The notes below the pieces were generated by a model. The model had not been told where the DNA came from. It saw nothing but the letters and a program-made list of their open reading frames with translations, and did not search any database. Positions 1-9,398 of a stretch of DNA of 64,000 bases are shown here, in pieces. This DNA comes from a virus. The translations under genes and the position numbers were made by a program. Each line of letters starts with the position of its first letter. The stretch's first letter is position 1. The stretch spans positions 1 through 64,000 of IMG/VR virus record IMGVR_UViG_3300042147_000025; one strand, written 5' to 3'.

Positions 1-61
1 GACATTGTGCAAGGAATTTCTGAAGAAAATCTAAAGAAATTTATCATTTATTTTCAATGAA

Positions 62-127
62 CCACTTTAGTGCCACTTTAGTGCCACTTTAGTGCCACTT
101 TAGTGCCACTTTAGTGCCACTTTAGTG
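62..127. repeat. Tandem repeat, 6 x 11 bp (CCACTTTAGTG)
   Basis: Perfect copies start at 62, 73, 84, 95, 106 and 117. Confidence 0.97.
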
Positions 128-315
128 GACAACCATCTGCAAGCTCTTAGCATAGCTAGAGGCTGGATAGCCTTCCACTTCGTCTTTCCATGTTCTATGG
201 TAGACAGGCTGAGGTTTATTGGAGGCTACATCTTCTTGAATAAAGATTTTGTAGAAGACTATTAAAGAGATGATCATGATAGCTTCCTTATATTGTAATT
301 CATTAACGAATCTAT

Positions 316-504
316 TTATTCCACGTAATAACAATCAGACTCTTTATAGCCCTTCTTACTCATATACTCACGTTCAAGCTTAGCACATTGCTCAAAGGCT
401 TCGTTCTCTTCCTGTTGTGTGCTAACAGACCAAGAGGTTGGTTCGTAAGCATCACATTGGTTAGGAGATGAACACAAAGCGACATACAAGAGAATAGTGT
501 ACAT
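316..504 (-). CDS. Small Cys-containing hypothetical protein with hydrophobic N-terminus
   Basis: 62-aa ORF with AAGGAAG RBS upstream. Confidence 0.6.
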   Translation of the reverse strand: MYTILLYVALCSSPNQCDAYEPTSWSVSTQQEENEAFEQCAKLEREYMSKKGYKESDCYYVE

Positions 505-546
505 GAGAATCTTCCTTATTTGAGAGGGATTAATCTTGGTTGAGTC

Positions 547-693
547 TTACACTAACACAAAACCATAAAAGCTATGCTCCAACCTCATCCCGTGAATCTT
601 TGCCACTTGTTTGTAGAACATCATAGCATCATTACTACGGATTGCAACAGGGATTTTATGAGACATTGCAAACAGCTTGATGATGGTTTTCAT
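547..693 (-). CDS. Small early hypothetical protein (MKTIIKLFAM...)
   Basis: ATG after AAGGA RBS, directly downstream of the promoter at 728-756. Confidence 0.6.
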   Translation of the reverse strand: MKTIIKLFAMSHKIPVAIRSNDAMMFYKQVAKIHGMRLEHSFYGFVLV

Positions 694-727
694 GTCTACG
701 TTCCTTGTGTTTTGTTTGGTATGGCTC

Positions 728-756
728 ATTATGTTCCTATTCACCACACCAGTCAA
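728..756 (-). promoter_or_regulatory. sigma70-type early promoter
   Basis: TTGACT-17 bp-CATAAT with AT-rich UP element. Confidence 0.75.
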
Positions 757-792
757 CAATTATTTTAGGCATTTCGCAGTCTATTTAGACAT

Positions 793-1620
793 TCAACCCT
801 CTTGATAAAATTTAGTTGTGACTCTTCCAAACATTAGGTCTGATTCTATCTCATTTACCAACTTAAGTAGAGCATCTTCAACCTCACATCTATAAAACAC
901 CTCTTTTCTGTATCTATCCAATACTTCTAACAACCTATTAATTTTAGCTTTTTGCCAAGCCTTGTGGGCTTCTGTTTCACTAGTAAATGACCCAAGCCCC
1001 GTATAACCCTTATCTGATTTTATTGATGCTTGAAACTTGCTAGCTTTGCTGGATTTAGACACACCCATGAGCATGTCAGACTTTGGGTGCTTCCTAACGA
1101 GATTGTTTATATAAGATGATACAGCAACACATGTTTCTGGTGAATAGGTGTTGCTATCTGGAAACAGTATATCTTTATCAATTTGCAGTGATATATTTGT
1201 GTCATATACAGCATGATTTTGATACCACTCAGCAAAGTTTTGAAAGTTGTGCCAATACTCGCACACTTCTACACCTTTAGCTCCATATGTATAATAAGAA
1301 GGGTTCGTTTCACTGTAGCACCTTTCTATAATGCCTTTCCATATCTGGTGCACTGGGTTTTTCGGACCTCTTCCTACCTCCGAGGTTTTAAATCTAGATG
1401 TATGTTCACCTACACCCATAAAACCCACACCCGCAATTAAGCGGGCAAAAGGGTCAGCAACCAAACCACTGTTGATATTCTGGGCGCTGGTCACACGCTC
1501 GTAGCCAGTGTTCAAGAACCTAACATAGACTTCAGGACCACTTACTATTTTTGTTATGACTAGCTCACCACACCGTTTGGTCTGGAAAATGTCCCCTTCT
1601 TTGTACGAACCTCTTTTCAT
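793..1620 (-). CDS. Free-standing HNH-type homing endonuclease
   Basis: W..I..RCY, WHNFQNFAEW and IDKDIL...YSPETC motifs, AP2-like C-terminus; paralog of 3470, 27131 and 46892-47651. Confidence 0.8.
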   Translation of the reverse strand: MKRGSYKEGDIFQTKRCGELVITKIVSGPEVYVRFLNTGYERVTSAQNINSGLVADPFARLIAGVGFMGVGEHTSRFKTSEVGRGPKNPVHQIWKGIIERCYSETNPSYYTYGAKGVEVCEYWHNFQNFAEWYQNHAVYDTNISLQIDKDILFPDSNTYSPETCVAVSSYINNLVRKHPKSDMLMGVSKSSKASKFQASIKSDKGYTGLGSFTSETEAHKAWQKAKINRLLEVLDRYRKEVFYRCEVEDALLKLVNEIESDLMFGRVTTKFYQEG

Positions 1621-1640
1621 TTCATCCTCATCATATTAGT

Positions 1641-1931
1641 TTATTGATTAGTACCACTATAATAACCATCCCCACCACTATTCCCTGTCCGTTTGCTCCA
1701 AAGATCATCAGCACCGTATTCTTCCAATGTATTCTCCACTCTATCCCAGCTCTGAAACTTACTCGTCCACTGATACAGCTTCTTAGTCTTACGATCAAGT
1801 CTGTAGAGGTCTGGAACCTCGTTGAAGTTAACAAACCAGATTGTGTTATCCTCTACATATGAGCACTCAAGCTTTATATCGTTGTAGTAGTCGTGAGATA
1901 TCTTGTATAGATTGCCTTCTTTAAAGTTCAT
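1641..1931 (-). CDS. Hypothetical protein
   Basis: 96-aa ORF in the early gene run. Confidence 0.6.
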   Translation of the reverse strand: MNFKEGNLYKISHDYYNDIKLECSYVEDNTIWFVNFNEVPDLYRLDRKTKKLYQWTSKFQSWDRVENTLEEYGADDLWSKRTGNSGGDGYYSGTNQ

Positions 1932-1952
1932 AAGGATACCACCATGATTATT

Positions 1953-2183
1953 TTACCTCTTTTCATAAAACTTCTTGACTGTAACGTTAGTGTAGTCTTC
2001 AAGTTTGTAGTACTTGAGGATGCCTGAATGAGGTTTCAGCATTCCTAGTACTGGGTGATGATTGTATTCGATTGTGTAGGTTTTAGACACAGGATCAGTG
2101 CTAACACTGTAGTCATTAATCCCATCATCTGAATAGAGATAGTGGATTCTATCTCTATGTTCAAGAACAGTAACATTCTTCAT
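1953..2183 (-). CDS. Hypothetical protein
   Basis: 76-aa ORF coupled (ATGA) to a 40-aa upstream ORF at 2180-2302. Confidence 0.6.
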   Translation of the reverse strand: MKNVTVLEHRDRIHYLYSDDGINDYSVSTDPVSKTYTIEYNHHPVLGMLKPHSGILKYYKLEDYTNVTVKKFYEKR

Positions 2184-2342
2184 TCTGGGAGATACTTGCC
2201 GAAGGTGCAGAAGTAGGTCCAGTTGATGCTGTTAGCTTTCTTGATATCACCAGCTTCACGGGCTTTGTTGAAGGAGGTTTCGAGGTTGGCTTGAATGTTC
2301 ATTTTCTGGCTTCCTGAGTGGTTTGCTGTCTTGATAGGTTAG

Positions 2343-2371
2343 ATTCTACACACCCACTGAAGACGTGTCAA
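2343..2371 (-). promoter_or_regulatory. sigma70-type early promoter
   Basis: TTGACA-17 bp-TAGAAT with A/T tracts upstream. Confidence 0.8.
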
Positions 2372-2664
2372 CAAATTAAATCAAATTCTTTTCGAGATAA
2401 ATGAGAGCCTCTTGATGGGTATTAAACCACTCAAGACCAGCATACAGCCAGCCTGAAGGTGTCATACTCCAACCTAAGACAATCCACTGATCGTTGTCCT
2501 CTACAATTTCCATCATTCTTTCTCCCAATTCCTTTTAAGACTTCTCTCAGTGCTATAGCCTCGCTTCTTGTTTTTACCGCCTGTGTCATAGTGGTCTGCA
2601 CACTTTTGCTTAGCTGAAGAACGCTTGCGTTCATATTTCTGGAATGATTCTTGTGTGTAGGTGC

Positions 2665-2856
2665 TCATTTGATATTGTCCAGTTTAATTGCTTTAGCTAC
2701 CACTTTCATACGTTCCATACAATAGTCCAGAGTTGCTGCTACAAGCAGACTACCATCAGGTTCACGAATCTCAGCATAGATGCTGTTTTGATGGTCACGT
2801 TTACCATATCGGATGTTTGTAATTACAGCATCATGGTACTTATCTGTCCAGTTCAT
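2665..2856 (-). CDS. Hypothetical protein
   Basis: 63-aa ORF coupled to small upstream ORFs. Confidence 0.55.
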   Translation of the reverse strand: MNWTDKYHDAVITNIRYGKRDHQNSIYAEIREPDGSLLVAATLDYCMERMKVVAKAIKLDNIK

Positions 2857-3111
2857 TTCGTTTCTACCTTATTACGATATACCAGAATAAATCCAAACAG
2901 CTTGTAGTCTTCCATGGTCCAAGTCTTACCATACCGCTCATATTTCATGTAAACTTTACGAGTAATCATTTCAACATCTCCAATTCAATCGTCTGTTTTG
3001 TGTTATACATCGGAACACATGTCCAATGCCCATTGTCACGGAATAATTTAGCAGCTATGCCTTGGGAAAGGAATGTGTAGGCTTGTTGGAATGCTGATTG
3101 TTGTGTGCTCA

Positions 3112-3345
3112 TTACATCCAATCCTCTTCAACTGTACCTTCAGTAAGGTAGCCTACAGTTTTTAGTTCTGTAATACAAGCACCGATTACATACGCTCTGT
3201 AACTTCCGTTATGATGTCCTTCGTCTAAAAGGAACAACTCAACAGCAGCGGCTTTAAGTGCTTCAGGAATAGCGTAGCCAAAGGAGCGGGCATTAGGAAT
3301 CACAGACTCAACTTTAGACCAAACAAAATCAATTTTCCATTTCAT
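3112..3345 (-). CDS. Hypothetical protein
   Basis: ORF with probable start MKWKIDF after GGCGGTG. Confidence 0.55.
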   Translation of the reverse strand: MKWKIDFVWSKVESVIPNARSFGYAIPEALKAAAVELFLLDEGHHNGSYRAYVIGACITELKTVGYLTEGTVEEDWM

Positions 3346-3469
3346 CTCACACCGCCTTGAGTTCATCAATGTAACTACTTATCTTGTGTTTGTAGTGTAC
3401 TGCTGTTTTCACAACCTTGCAAGACATTTTCAAGAAAGATTTAAGTTTTATTTGAGGTTCCCAATGTAA

Positions 3470-4204
3470 TCAGGGCAAGCTCCAAACCCTTAAAGCTTCG
3501 ACTGCCCTTGGGTCAATTAAACCGTCCCACTTATCAGCCTGTGCTCTGACATAGCTCTCTTTCTTTACTCGGTAAGCTGCGTAAGCATCAGCAACCGTAT
3601 AGAATGTCCCTAAATAATGCACCTTCCCTGCCAGCATAATTCGACTTTCGTACCAATCAGTCTCACCTATCATCACACCCTGTGGCAGATTATATTCGTT
3701 GGATTTCTTTTTAACAGCGAGTAGAACATTAATCTCTAATGGAAGAAACACACAAGTTTCAGCAGAATAAACTTTATTGCCAGAGAAAAGTAAATCTTTA
3801 TCAAGGTGCCAGCCATCTTGTCTATATAGGTCATCAAAGTAGAAGGGTGCAAAATTCTGAAAATTCAACCACTCTTCGCTTGCTGTGCAACCTTCATAAG
3901 TCGGAGTAGGGGACTTTCTATGATAGCAACGTTCAAGCATTGCGTGCCAAACATGGTATGGGTACAGATGGTCCACCGGATTATAGATCCCAACACCCAT
4001 GCACGCAACCCCGAAAATAGTTTTCACTGCACGATCTTTAATGATACCACTTCTGATTCTTCCTGTGCTTACTTTTAGAGTGGTGCCAGTATCAAGAAAC
4101 CTAATAGTGACGTTATTACTATCAATATAATCAATTACTTCATACTCCGCTCCATTCAAAGTGGAGTAAGTATTTCCTAGCCATTTGTCTCGCGCTTTAC
4201 TCAT
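3470..4204 (-). CDS. Free-standing HNH-type homing endonuclease
   Basis: WHAMLERCY, WLNFQNFA and LDKDLL...NKVYSAETC motifs. Confidence 0.8.
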   Translation of the reverse strand: MSKARDKWLGNTYSTLNGAEYEVIDYIDSNNVTIRFLDTGTTLKVSTGRIRSGIIKDRAVKTIFGVACMGVGIYNPVDHLYPYHVWHAMLERCYHRKSPTPTYEGCTASEEWLNFQNFAPFYFDDLYRQDGWHLDKDLLFSGNKVYSAETCVFLPLEINVLLAVKKKSNEYNLPQGVMIGETDWYESRIMLAGKVHYLGTFYTVADAYAAYRVKKESYVRAQADKWDGLIDPRAVEALRVWSLP

Positions 4205-4808
4205 TCTCTTTAATAACCCTGTTCAAATAATTTTTAAGTTTTAATAACAGCACAACAGTTTTGCATATAACTACACAAATAGGGCGAAAACTATTTGTGC
4301 GGGATAAATCATCTATCCAGCTCACTCCACAGCTAGTGGCTACCTCTGTGTGGGTGTAGTCTACATCACAGGAATTGTAGGGTAAAACTACCTCATCTTC
4401 CTCATATTCGTCCTCTGTTTTGATAGGCTTTGCAGCTATTGCTTTCTTGTACAATACCTCTGCACGTTGAAGCTTAGCTACCACACAATCTCTCAAAATT
4501 GAGTACTCAGAGATATCCATTTCGCCAGCTTTATACGATTGTTCAAGCTCGACCATTTGAGAGCGTAATGTTTGCAATCTCTTGCCTTGTGGGAGGATTT
4601 TATCCTTGATGCTTGAATTAGACTTGTTGGCAGCACTACGCAAAGCAATCTGTTCATCAGAAAACCAATCTACGTTGGCTTTACCATGTTGAGTGTACAT
4701 CGGGATTTCTACAGACCTAGCGTGGCGTGAGCCCGTTTGCTGACCCGAGTAGTCAGGCTCGTTGTCGTGTGATGAGACCCATGACTGAATTGCGAAGTAC
4801 CTTGACAT
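4197..4808 (-). CDS. Hypothetical protein, coiled-coil middle (MSRYFAIQ...)
   Basis: ATG at 4808 after GAGGG RBS, downstream of the promoter at 4848-4876. Confidence 0.65.
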   Translation of the reverse strand: MSRYFAIQSWVSSHDNEPDYSGQQTGSRHARSVEIPMYTQHGKANVDWFSDEQIALRSAANKSNSSIKDKILPQGKRLQTLRSQMVELEQSYKAGEMDISEYSILRDCVVAKLQRAEVLYKKAIAAKPIKTEDEYEEDEVVLPYNSCDVDYTHTEVATSCGVSWIDDLSRTNSFRPICVVICKTVVLLLKLKNYLNRVIKENE

Positions 4809-4847
4809 GATAAAACCCTCAAACCTAAACACCTTGTCGATGTAGAG

Positions 4848-4876
4848 ATTATGAGGGTTTGGGGTATAGCTGTCAA
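4848..4876 (-). promoter_or_regulatory. sigma70-type early promoter
   Basis: TTGACA-17 bp-CATAAT. Confidence 0.8.
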
Positions 4877-4879
4877 CAA

Positions 4880-5161
4880 TTATTTTACATTGAATATTGG
4901 CTTGTTTGCCCAATCTTGGTAGATATAGAGACGTGCAGCAAAATGCCATGGACCGCCTTTGAAATCTAGCAGACCGCCGAGAGAACCAAAACCACCTAGG
5001 TAGGATCGAATCTCTTTTGTTGCAAGAATAAATTCTTCAGCAGTTATAGTACCACCCCGTGCCGCGTTCTTTAATGCATGACACATCAACTGTGCACCGT
5101 TGTGTTCTGAGTAGTATTTACCACTGATAACTTTATCAAACACGTCTTGTACATTAACCAT
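4880..5161 (-). CDS. Hypothetical protein
   Basis: 93-aa ORF with AAGGAGA RBS. Confidence 0.65.
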   Translation of the reverse strand: MVNVQDVFDKVISGKYYSEHNGAQLMCHALKNAARGGTITAEEFILATKEIRSYLGGFGSLGGLLDFKGGPWHFAARLYIYQDWANKPIFNVK

Positions 5162-5172
5162 TTTGAATCTCC

Positions 5173-5343
5173 TTATTTATTGGCAATCTTGCGAAGCAGC
5201 TCAAGCTCTTCACGTTTCATATCCATCTCACGTTTCTTACGACCTGATCCACAACAGATGGCACAAATTATCCAGATGGGGAGCCAAATAAAACCTGACA
5301 ACAGGGTTAAGATGAAGTGTACGAAATGGGCTCCACCACTCAT
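5173..5343 (-). CDS. Small membrane protein (MSGGAHFVHFILTLLSGFIWLPIWIICAICC...)
   Basis: 56-aa ORF read from sequence; hydrophobic segment followed by a charged tail. Confidence 0.6.
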   Translation of the reverse strand: MSGGAHFVHFILTLLSGFIWLPIWIICAICCGSGRKKREMDMKREELELLRKIANK

Positions 5344-5728
5344 GATATGTTTACTCCACGACCCATAAACATTGGACGATTACGTTGTTGATTCCAACCA
5401 CAATCCTGGTGTCCAATCTCACCAGCTTTCTGGCAGTTGCAGCGTTCAAGGTCGTCGTCTACTGGAGGGTAACCAACAATACATTCAAACTCTTCAGCGG
5501 TCATCTCTAATTCAAGCTTCATCCTATCACCTCAATCAATTCAGTTCTATACCAATTCTGTAGCCACTGGCTCGTACCATCATCAAAAAGTATAGTGGCT
5601 GTTTCATTGTCCTCACCTACTTTGTTAAAGACTATCCCTTTAACTTCGCAAGCTGATTTGAATTTGCTGCCACCTACACGAACGAATACTTTGTCACCGG
5701 GGATGAGTTGGCCTATGAATTTCTTCAT
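5340..5728 (-). CDS. Two small coupled hypothetical genes (5340-5522, 5519-5728)
   Basis: ATGA overlaps. Confidence 0.55.
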
Positions 5729-5731
5729 TGC

Positions 5732-5890
5732 TCAGACCAGACGTACGATGAATCGTATAGCGCCATACGCCAAGTCTTTCTTGTTCGCAAGATTACGTGC
5801 AGCTTGACCTTTACCTGCTGGGTATTGCTTGATCACAGCTTTGGTCTGGATGTCTACTACTTCGTAGGCTACGTTGGTTTGAGTGGTCAT
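5732..5890 (-). CDS. Small early protein (MTTQTNVAYEVVDIQTK...)
   Basis: 52-aa ORF read from sequence, AAGGA RBS, first gene after a TTGACT promoter near 5930-5957. Confidence 0.6.
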   Translation of the reverse strand: MTTQTNVAYEVVDIQTKAVIKQYPAGKGQAARNLANKKDLAYGAIRFIVRLV

Positions 5891-5982
5891 GTCCGTATTC
5901 CTTTTGGGTTGTTTTGCTTCAGTAACTATAGATTAGCACACTGGTATGCGGAGTCAACCACTATTTCAATTTATTTTCAAAG

Positions 5983-6006
5983 AAAAGGGAGCTGATTAGG
6001 CTCCCT
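5983..6006 (-). terminator. Rho-independent terminator
   Basis: GGGAGC/GCTCCC stem followed by TTTT on the minus strand, after ORF 6014-6388. Confidence 0.7.
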
Positions 6007-6013
6007 GTGGTGG

Positions 6014-6388
6014 TCACTCTTTTGGCTTAAGCCACTTCTGACAACTCTCAGCAATGAGTCTCAAAAGTCCACGAGCCTCCATGATATTGGTAGTTTGGTT
6101 CATGGAGAACAAGTGGATACTTTCCACTAGCTCAACAGTTTCCTCAAGCTTTGCTTTCATTGAGGCTATCTGCTGCTCTTCCAGTTCATATATTTGTTCC
6201 AGAAGCTGAAGCCTTTCTTGTGTCTCATCTGTTGAAGGCTGCGTCTCTGACGATTCTTCACCGACCTTAGCAACCAACTCAGTTACGATATATTCATCAT
6301 CAAGATAGGCCCATGAACAGTCAGCCTTGTCCCTCATGAACAATTCACGACCCTGACAACTAATGAGGTATCCTATTGTCTTGTTCAT
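6014..6388 (-). CDS. Hypothetical coiled-coil protein
   Basis: 124-aa ORF. Confidence 0.6.
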   Translation of the reverse strand: MNKTIGYLISCQGRELFMRDKADCSWAYLDDEYIVTELVAKVGEESSETQPSTDETQERLQLLEQIYELEEQQIASMKAKLEETVELVESIHLFSMNQTTNIMEARGLLRLIAESCQKWLKPKE

Positions 6389-6390
6389 GG

Positions 6391-6594
6391 TCAGTTCATC
6401 CGAGAAATTGAGGCAAAGGCTTCTTTCAAAGTCCTCTTAATTCTCCGCTTCCCATCCAAGCGCTGTACCAAATAACCGTCCACTTGTTTGATGATCAAAC
6501 CCTTGAAATTTCCAGATACATCATAAACCCTTCTAGTGTGGTTACCCGATACTGGGGAGAACTCACCTTTGACTTTTGGATTTTGATTGCTCAT
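6391..6594 (-). CDS. Small basic hypothetical protein
   Basis: Probable start MSNQNPK after AAGGTG. Confidence 0.55.
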   Translation of the reverse strand: MSNQNPKVKGEFSPVSGNHTRRVYDVSGNFKGLIIKQVDGYLVQRLDGKRRIKRTLKEAFASISRMN

Positions 6595-6714
6595 TTCATT
6601 CACCTTAAAGATTAGGTAATCAGCACAAAGAACCATTTCTCAGTGCCGTGACTCCTTGGTCTGTCAGATGGCTTACTTCTCAAATGCCGTCTTTGAAACT
6701 CCTTGTGTGACTGA

Positions 6715-6743
6715 ATTGTAAGAGATGGCTTACGTGCCGTCAA
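6715..6743 (-). promoter_or_regulatory. sigma70-type early promoter
   Basis: TTGACG-17 bp-TACAAT with UP element. Confidence 0.75.
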
Positions 6744-6763
6744 GCAAATTTTGAAATTATTTT

Positions 6764-7009
6764 TCAGTCATTGTATATGAGGTTGTTCTCGACTAAAATT
6801 TCCTCTATTTTTCCGAGGGTTACGTAATATCGCTTGTCTTCGTCACTACCGAACGCTGTATCATCAGCCGACCAAAGGTGTTCATCCAAGAAAGCCTCAA
6901 GCTCTTCTTTACCTTCCCTGTAAGCGTTTGTTGCATCAAGCACAGCTTCGGAAAAGGAGTACCCATCCATGAAACTGTCCAGACAGTCTTTAATGGTAAG
7001 AAATTTCAT
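6764..7009 (-). CDS. Acidic hypothetical protein (MKFLTIKD...)
   Basis: ATG after AGGGG RBS. Confidence 0.6.
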   Translation of the reverse strand: MKFLTIKDCLDSFMDGYSFSEAVLDATNAYREGKEELEAFLDEHLWSADDTAFGSDEDKRYYVTLGKIEEILVENNLIYND

Positions 7010-7131
7010 TTTTAAGCCCCTATGTGTGTTGGTGTTACGTTGTGGTGTAACGCTGGCGACTCGTTCTTGTAAGGCTAGATTTACATGGATCCAAAACCTT
7101 TGCAATACCCTTATGAAAATAAATTCTGAGC

Positions 7132-7699
7132 CTATTTCCCAAGAAATGAATGCTCCCTCCATTGAACGTATCTATTGATTCCCCTATACAGATAGCTTTT
7201 CTCTTTGTAGAGTTTAATAGCTTTCGGAATCAATACACGTTGTGTAAAGCTTTGCCCAGAAGCAATTTCATAAATACTTCCTGCTGTGTGTAAGAGAGCA
7301 AGTTGAATGTGACTCATTTTGTCACCTCCGAGGATGTTGACTAAGAATTGTTCTAAGTGGTGCTCAAATTGTTTGTTCATTTGTTTAATTCCACTCCAAA
7401 ACACTATTCTTCAATGTCTGCATCAATTCTTTATAATCCATCTCTCCCGGCTCTTGAAATTTCTTCAAAGATTCTTCCAACCACAAAGCTTCCACACCAT
7501 CACATTCTATAAAATCCACAAGAGGGGTGTCTAGGATGTAGGCGTGTCCTTCGTTTGTGTAGATTGTTTGCCCTGTAAGTCTGCACACAAAATCTTCATT
7601 AGCTTCAATGATGGCTTCGATGATATAGCAACCATTGTGCTCAGGAAGGGTAAGACTTTGCAGTATAACTTTTTCGCCTATGCTAAAGAGATGGTTCAT
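7132..7699 (-). CDS. Two hypothetical genes (7132-7380, 7385-7699)
   Basis: Contiguous ORFs with RBSs. Confidence 0.55.
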
Positions 7700-7878
7700 G
7701 ATTTATCCTTAAGCATAACTGTTTGTGCTGAGTTTACAATCAAGTATCCACTAATGATAACCATTGTCAATGACTGGAAAGCTTCCTGTGTCAGGGTTCC
7801 GCACCATAGACTGATGAATAGGAGAGCTTGGATAATTGAAATCAGGATAAATTTCCTACTTGCGAATTTATTGTTCAT
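7696..7878 (-). CDS. Small two-TM membrane protein
   Basis: SRKF followed by two hydrophobic segments. Confidence 0.55.
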   Translation of the reverse strand: MNNKFASRKFILISIIQALLFISLWCGTLTQEAFQSLTMVIISGYLIVNSAQTVMLKDKS

Positions 7879-8057
7879 TCTATCACCTTCTTAGGTACTG
7901 CAATGAACTCACAAACCCGGCTACGTGGCAAATCTTTCTGACACTCAATCTTTAACTCTTTTCAGCTTAGGGGTGTCCCAACTTTGACCTAGAGTAAAAA
8001 CACCTAGGAGGAATCCCACCACCAGCCCAGATCCTGTGCCTATAACTACAAAACTAT

Positions 8058-9000
8058 TCACGCTTCAATCTCCTCTTCAATAAAATTCCCAAACACATTC
8101 ACTTCAACATACTTACGGCACTCTGCATCATACCGGAACCGTGCCTGTTTAAGCTGTTCTTTAGCCAAAATAACCTCCAGCGGGGAGGAATCTAGGCTAC
8201 CCTGAGCTGTCCTATAGTAATCCTCTGCAACCTTTAAATTGCTGCGTAACTCCCCTAACTTACTCATTCACACATCTCCCACTTAGACAAATGAATTCGA
8301 TCACTAATACATACATGAAATTTATCACAAACTTTACCAACACCATCACGCCTGCCAGAAGCTTGGATGTGACCTTTGAAGGAATTGTTGATATACACTG
8401 CGTAAGTGATCATCTCAATTCACCTTAATCATAATGGCATTACGCCAAATAGTTGGGTAAGTAGCATACTCACGTTGATCCAGTACACCATGAACACGAA
8501 TACCAGATTCTGTGTAGCCGTCATAGACAACAGCAAAACCTTCACCTTCTGGAGTGAAAGGTTCAATTTCTTCCAGTACTACTTTGTTGAGATAGCCAAG
8601 GTCAATGTTCATTTGATTAACACCCATTCATGATTAACATCTGGAACGAAAGTCATAGCCACTCGCCAATCCCAACCAGATTTTAAACCTTGATCTGATA
8701 TCATGTGCTCAACATTCTCAAAAGCTTTCACTAACCAACCTCCAAATACTTCTGCACGTTGGTGATAGGCATCAATCTGCTCCCAGTTCATTTAACACTC
8801 CTTGCCAAATCGACAGTATTATTAATATCTTCTTCACTAGATTCAACGTTACCCATCACCATAAAGAAGTCTTTACTATGATCTGTCAAGCTATCCCACT
8901 CGATAGCGCATTGAGATAGGAAGAAAGCCCAGCGTTCGTGGTTCTGAATCTGTTCAGCAGATGGACGTTTGCTTACTGCAATTCGCTTAGGAGTTTTCAT
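8058..9000 (-). CDS. Run of small hypothetical genes (8058-8267, 8415-8612, 8609-8791, 8788-9000)
   Basis: Tightly packed ORFs with overlapping stop/start codons. Confidence 0.55.
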
Positions 9001-9248
9001 GGGAGTTCCTCATAGATTGGCAAGATTCTATCAATCTTAATGATGTCTGCTGAAGGAAATTCATCTTTTGCAAGATCCTCAGCACCGAACAATCCAGCAC
9101 AATGGACATTAATAGCAAACGAGAAAACTTCACCATTGACATCATCACACATCAAAACTCTGTAATTATTCATAACATTCTCTCCTATTTATCCTACATA
9201 ACTTATCTATTTCATTTCAGCGCTTTTAACGCCATGTCTTGTGTGTTG

Positions 9249-9277
9249 ATTATGATTGGTTGGGATGGTGTTGTCAA
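9249..9277 (-). promoter_or_regulatory. sigma70-type early promoter
   Basis: TTGACA-17 bp-CATAAT. Confidence 0.8.
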
Positions 9278-9398
9278 GAGAATTTATTCAACATACCAAT
9301 ATTCCATCTGCTGACCTTCTTTCTTAACAATCCAGTAACCATTCTTTTCAAGGTATTCAATGCACTGAGAGAAGGTTCCCGAGCAAAGGTAGGCACCG

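Noticed and set aside
62-127. CRISPR array
   Set aside because: Units are 11 bp and directly adjacent, with no spacers and no cas genes
122-334. 70-aa minus-strand ORF
   Set aside because: TTG start overlapping the upstream gene, ends in the repeat array, no clear RBS; not supported as a gene
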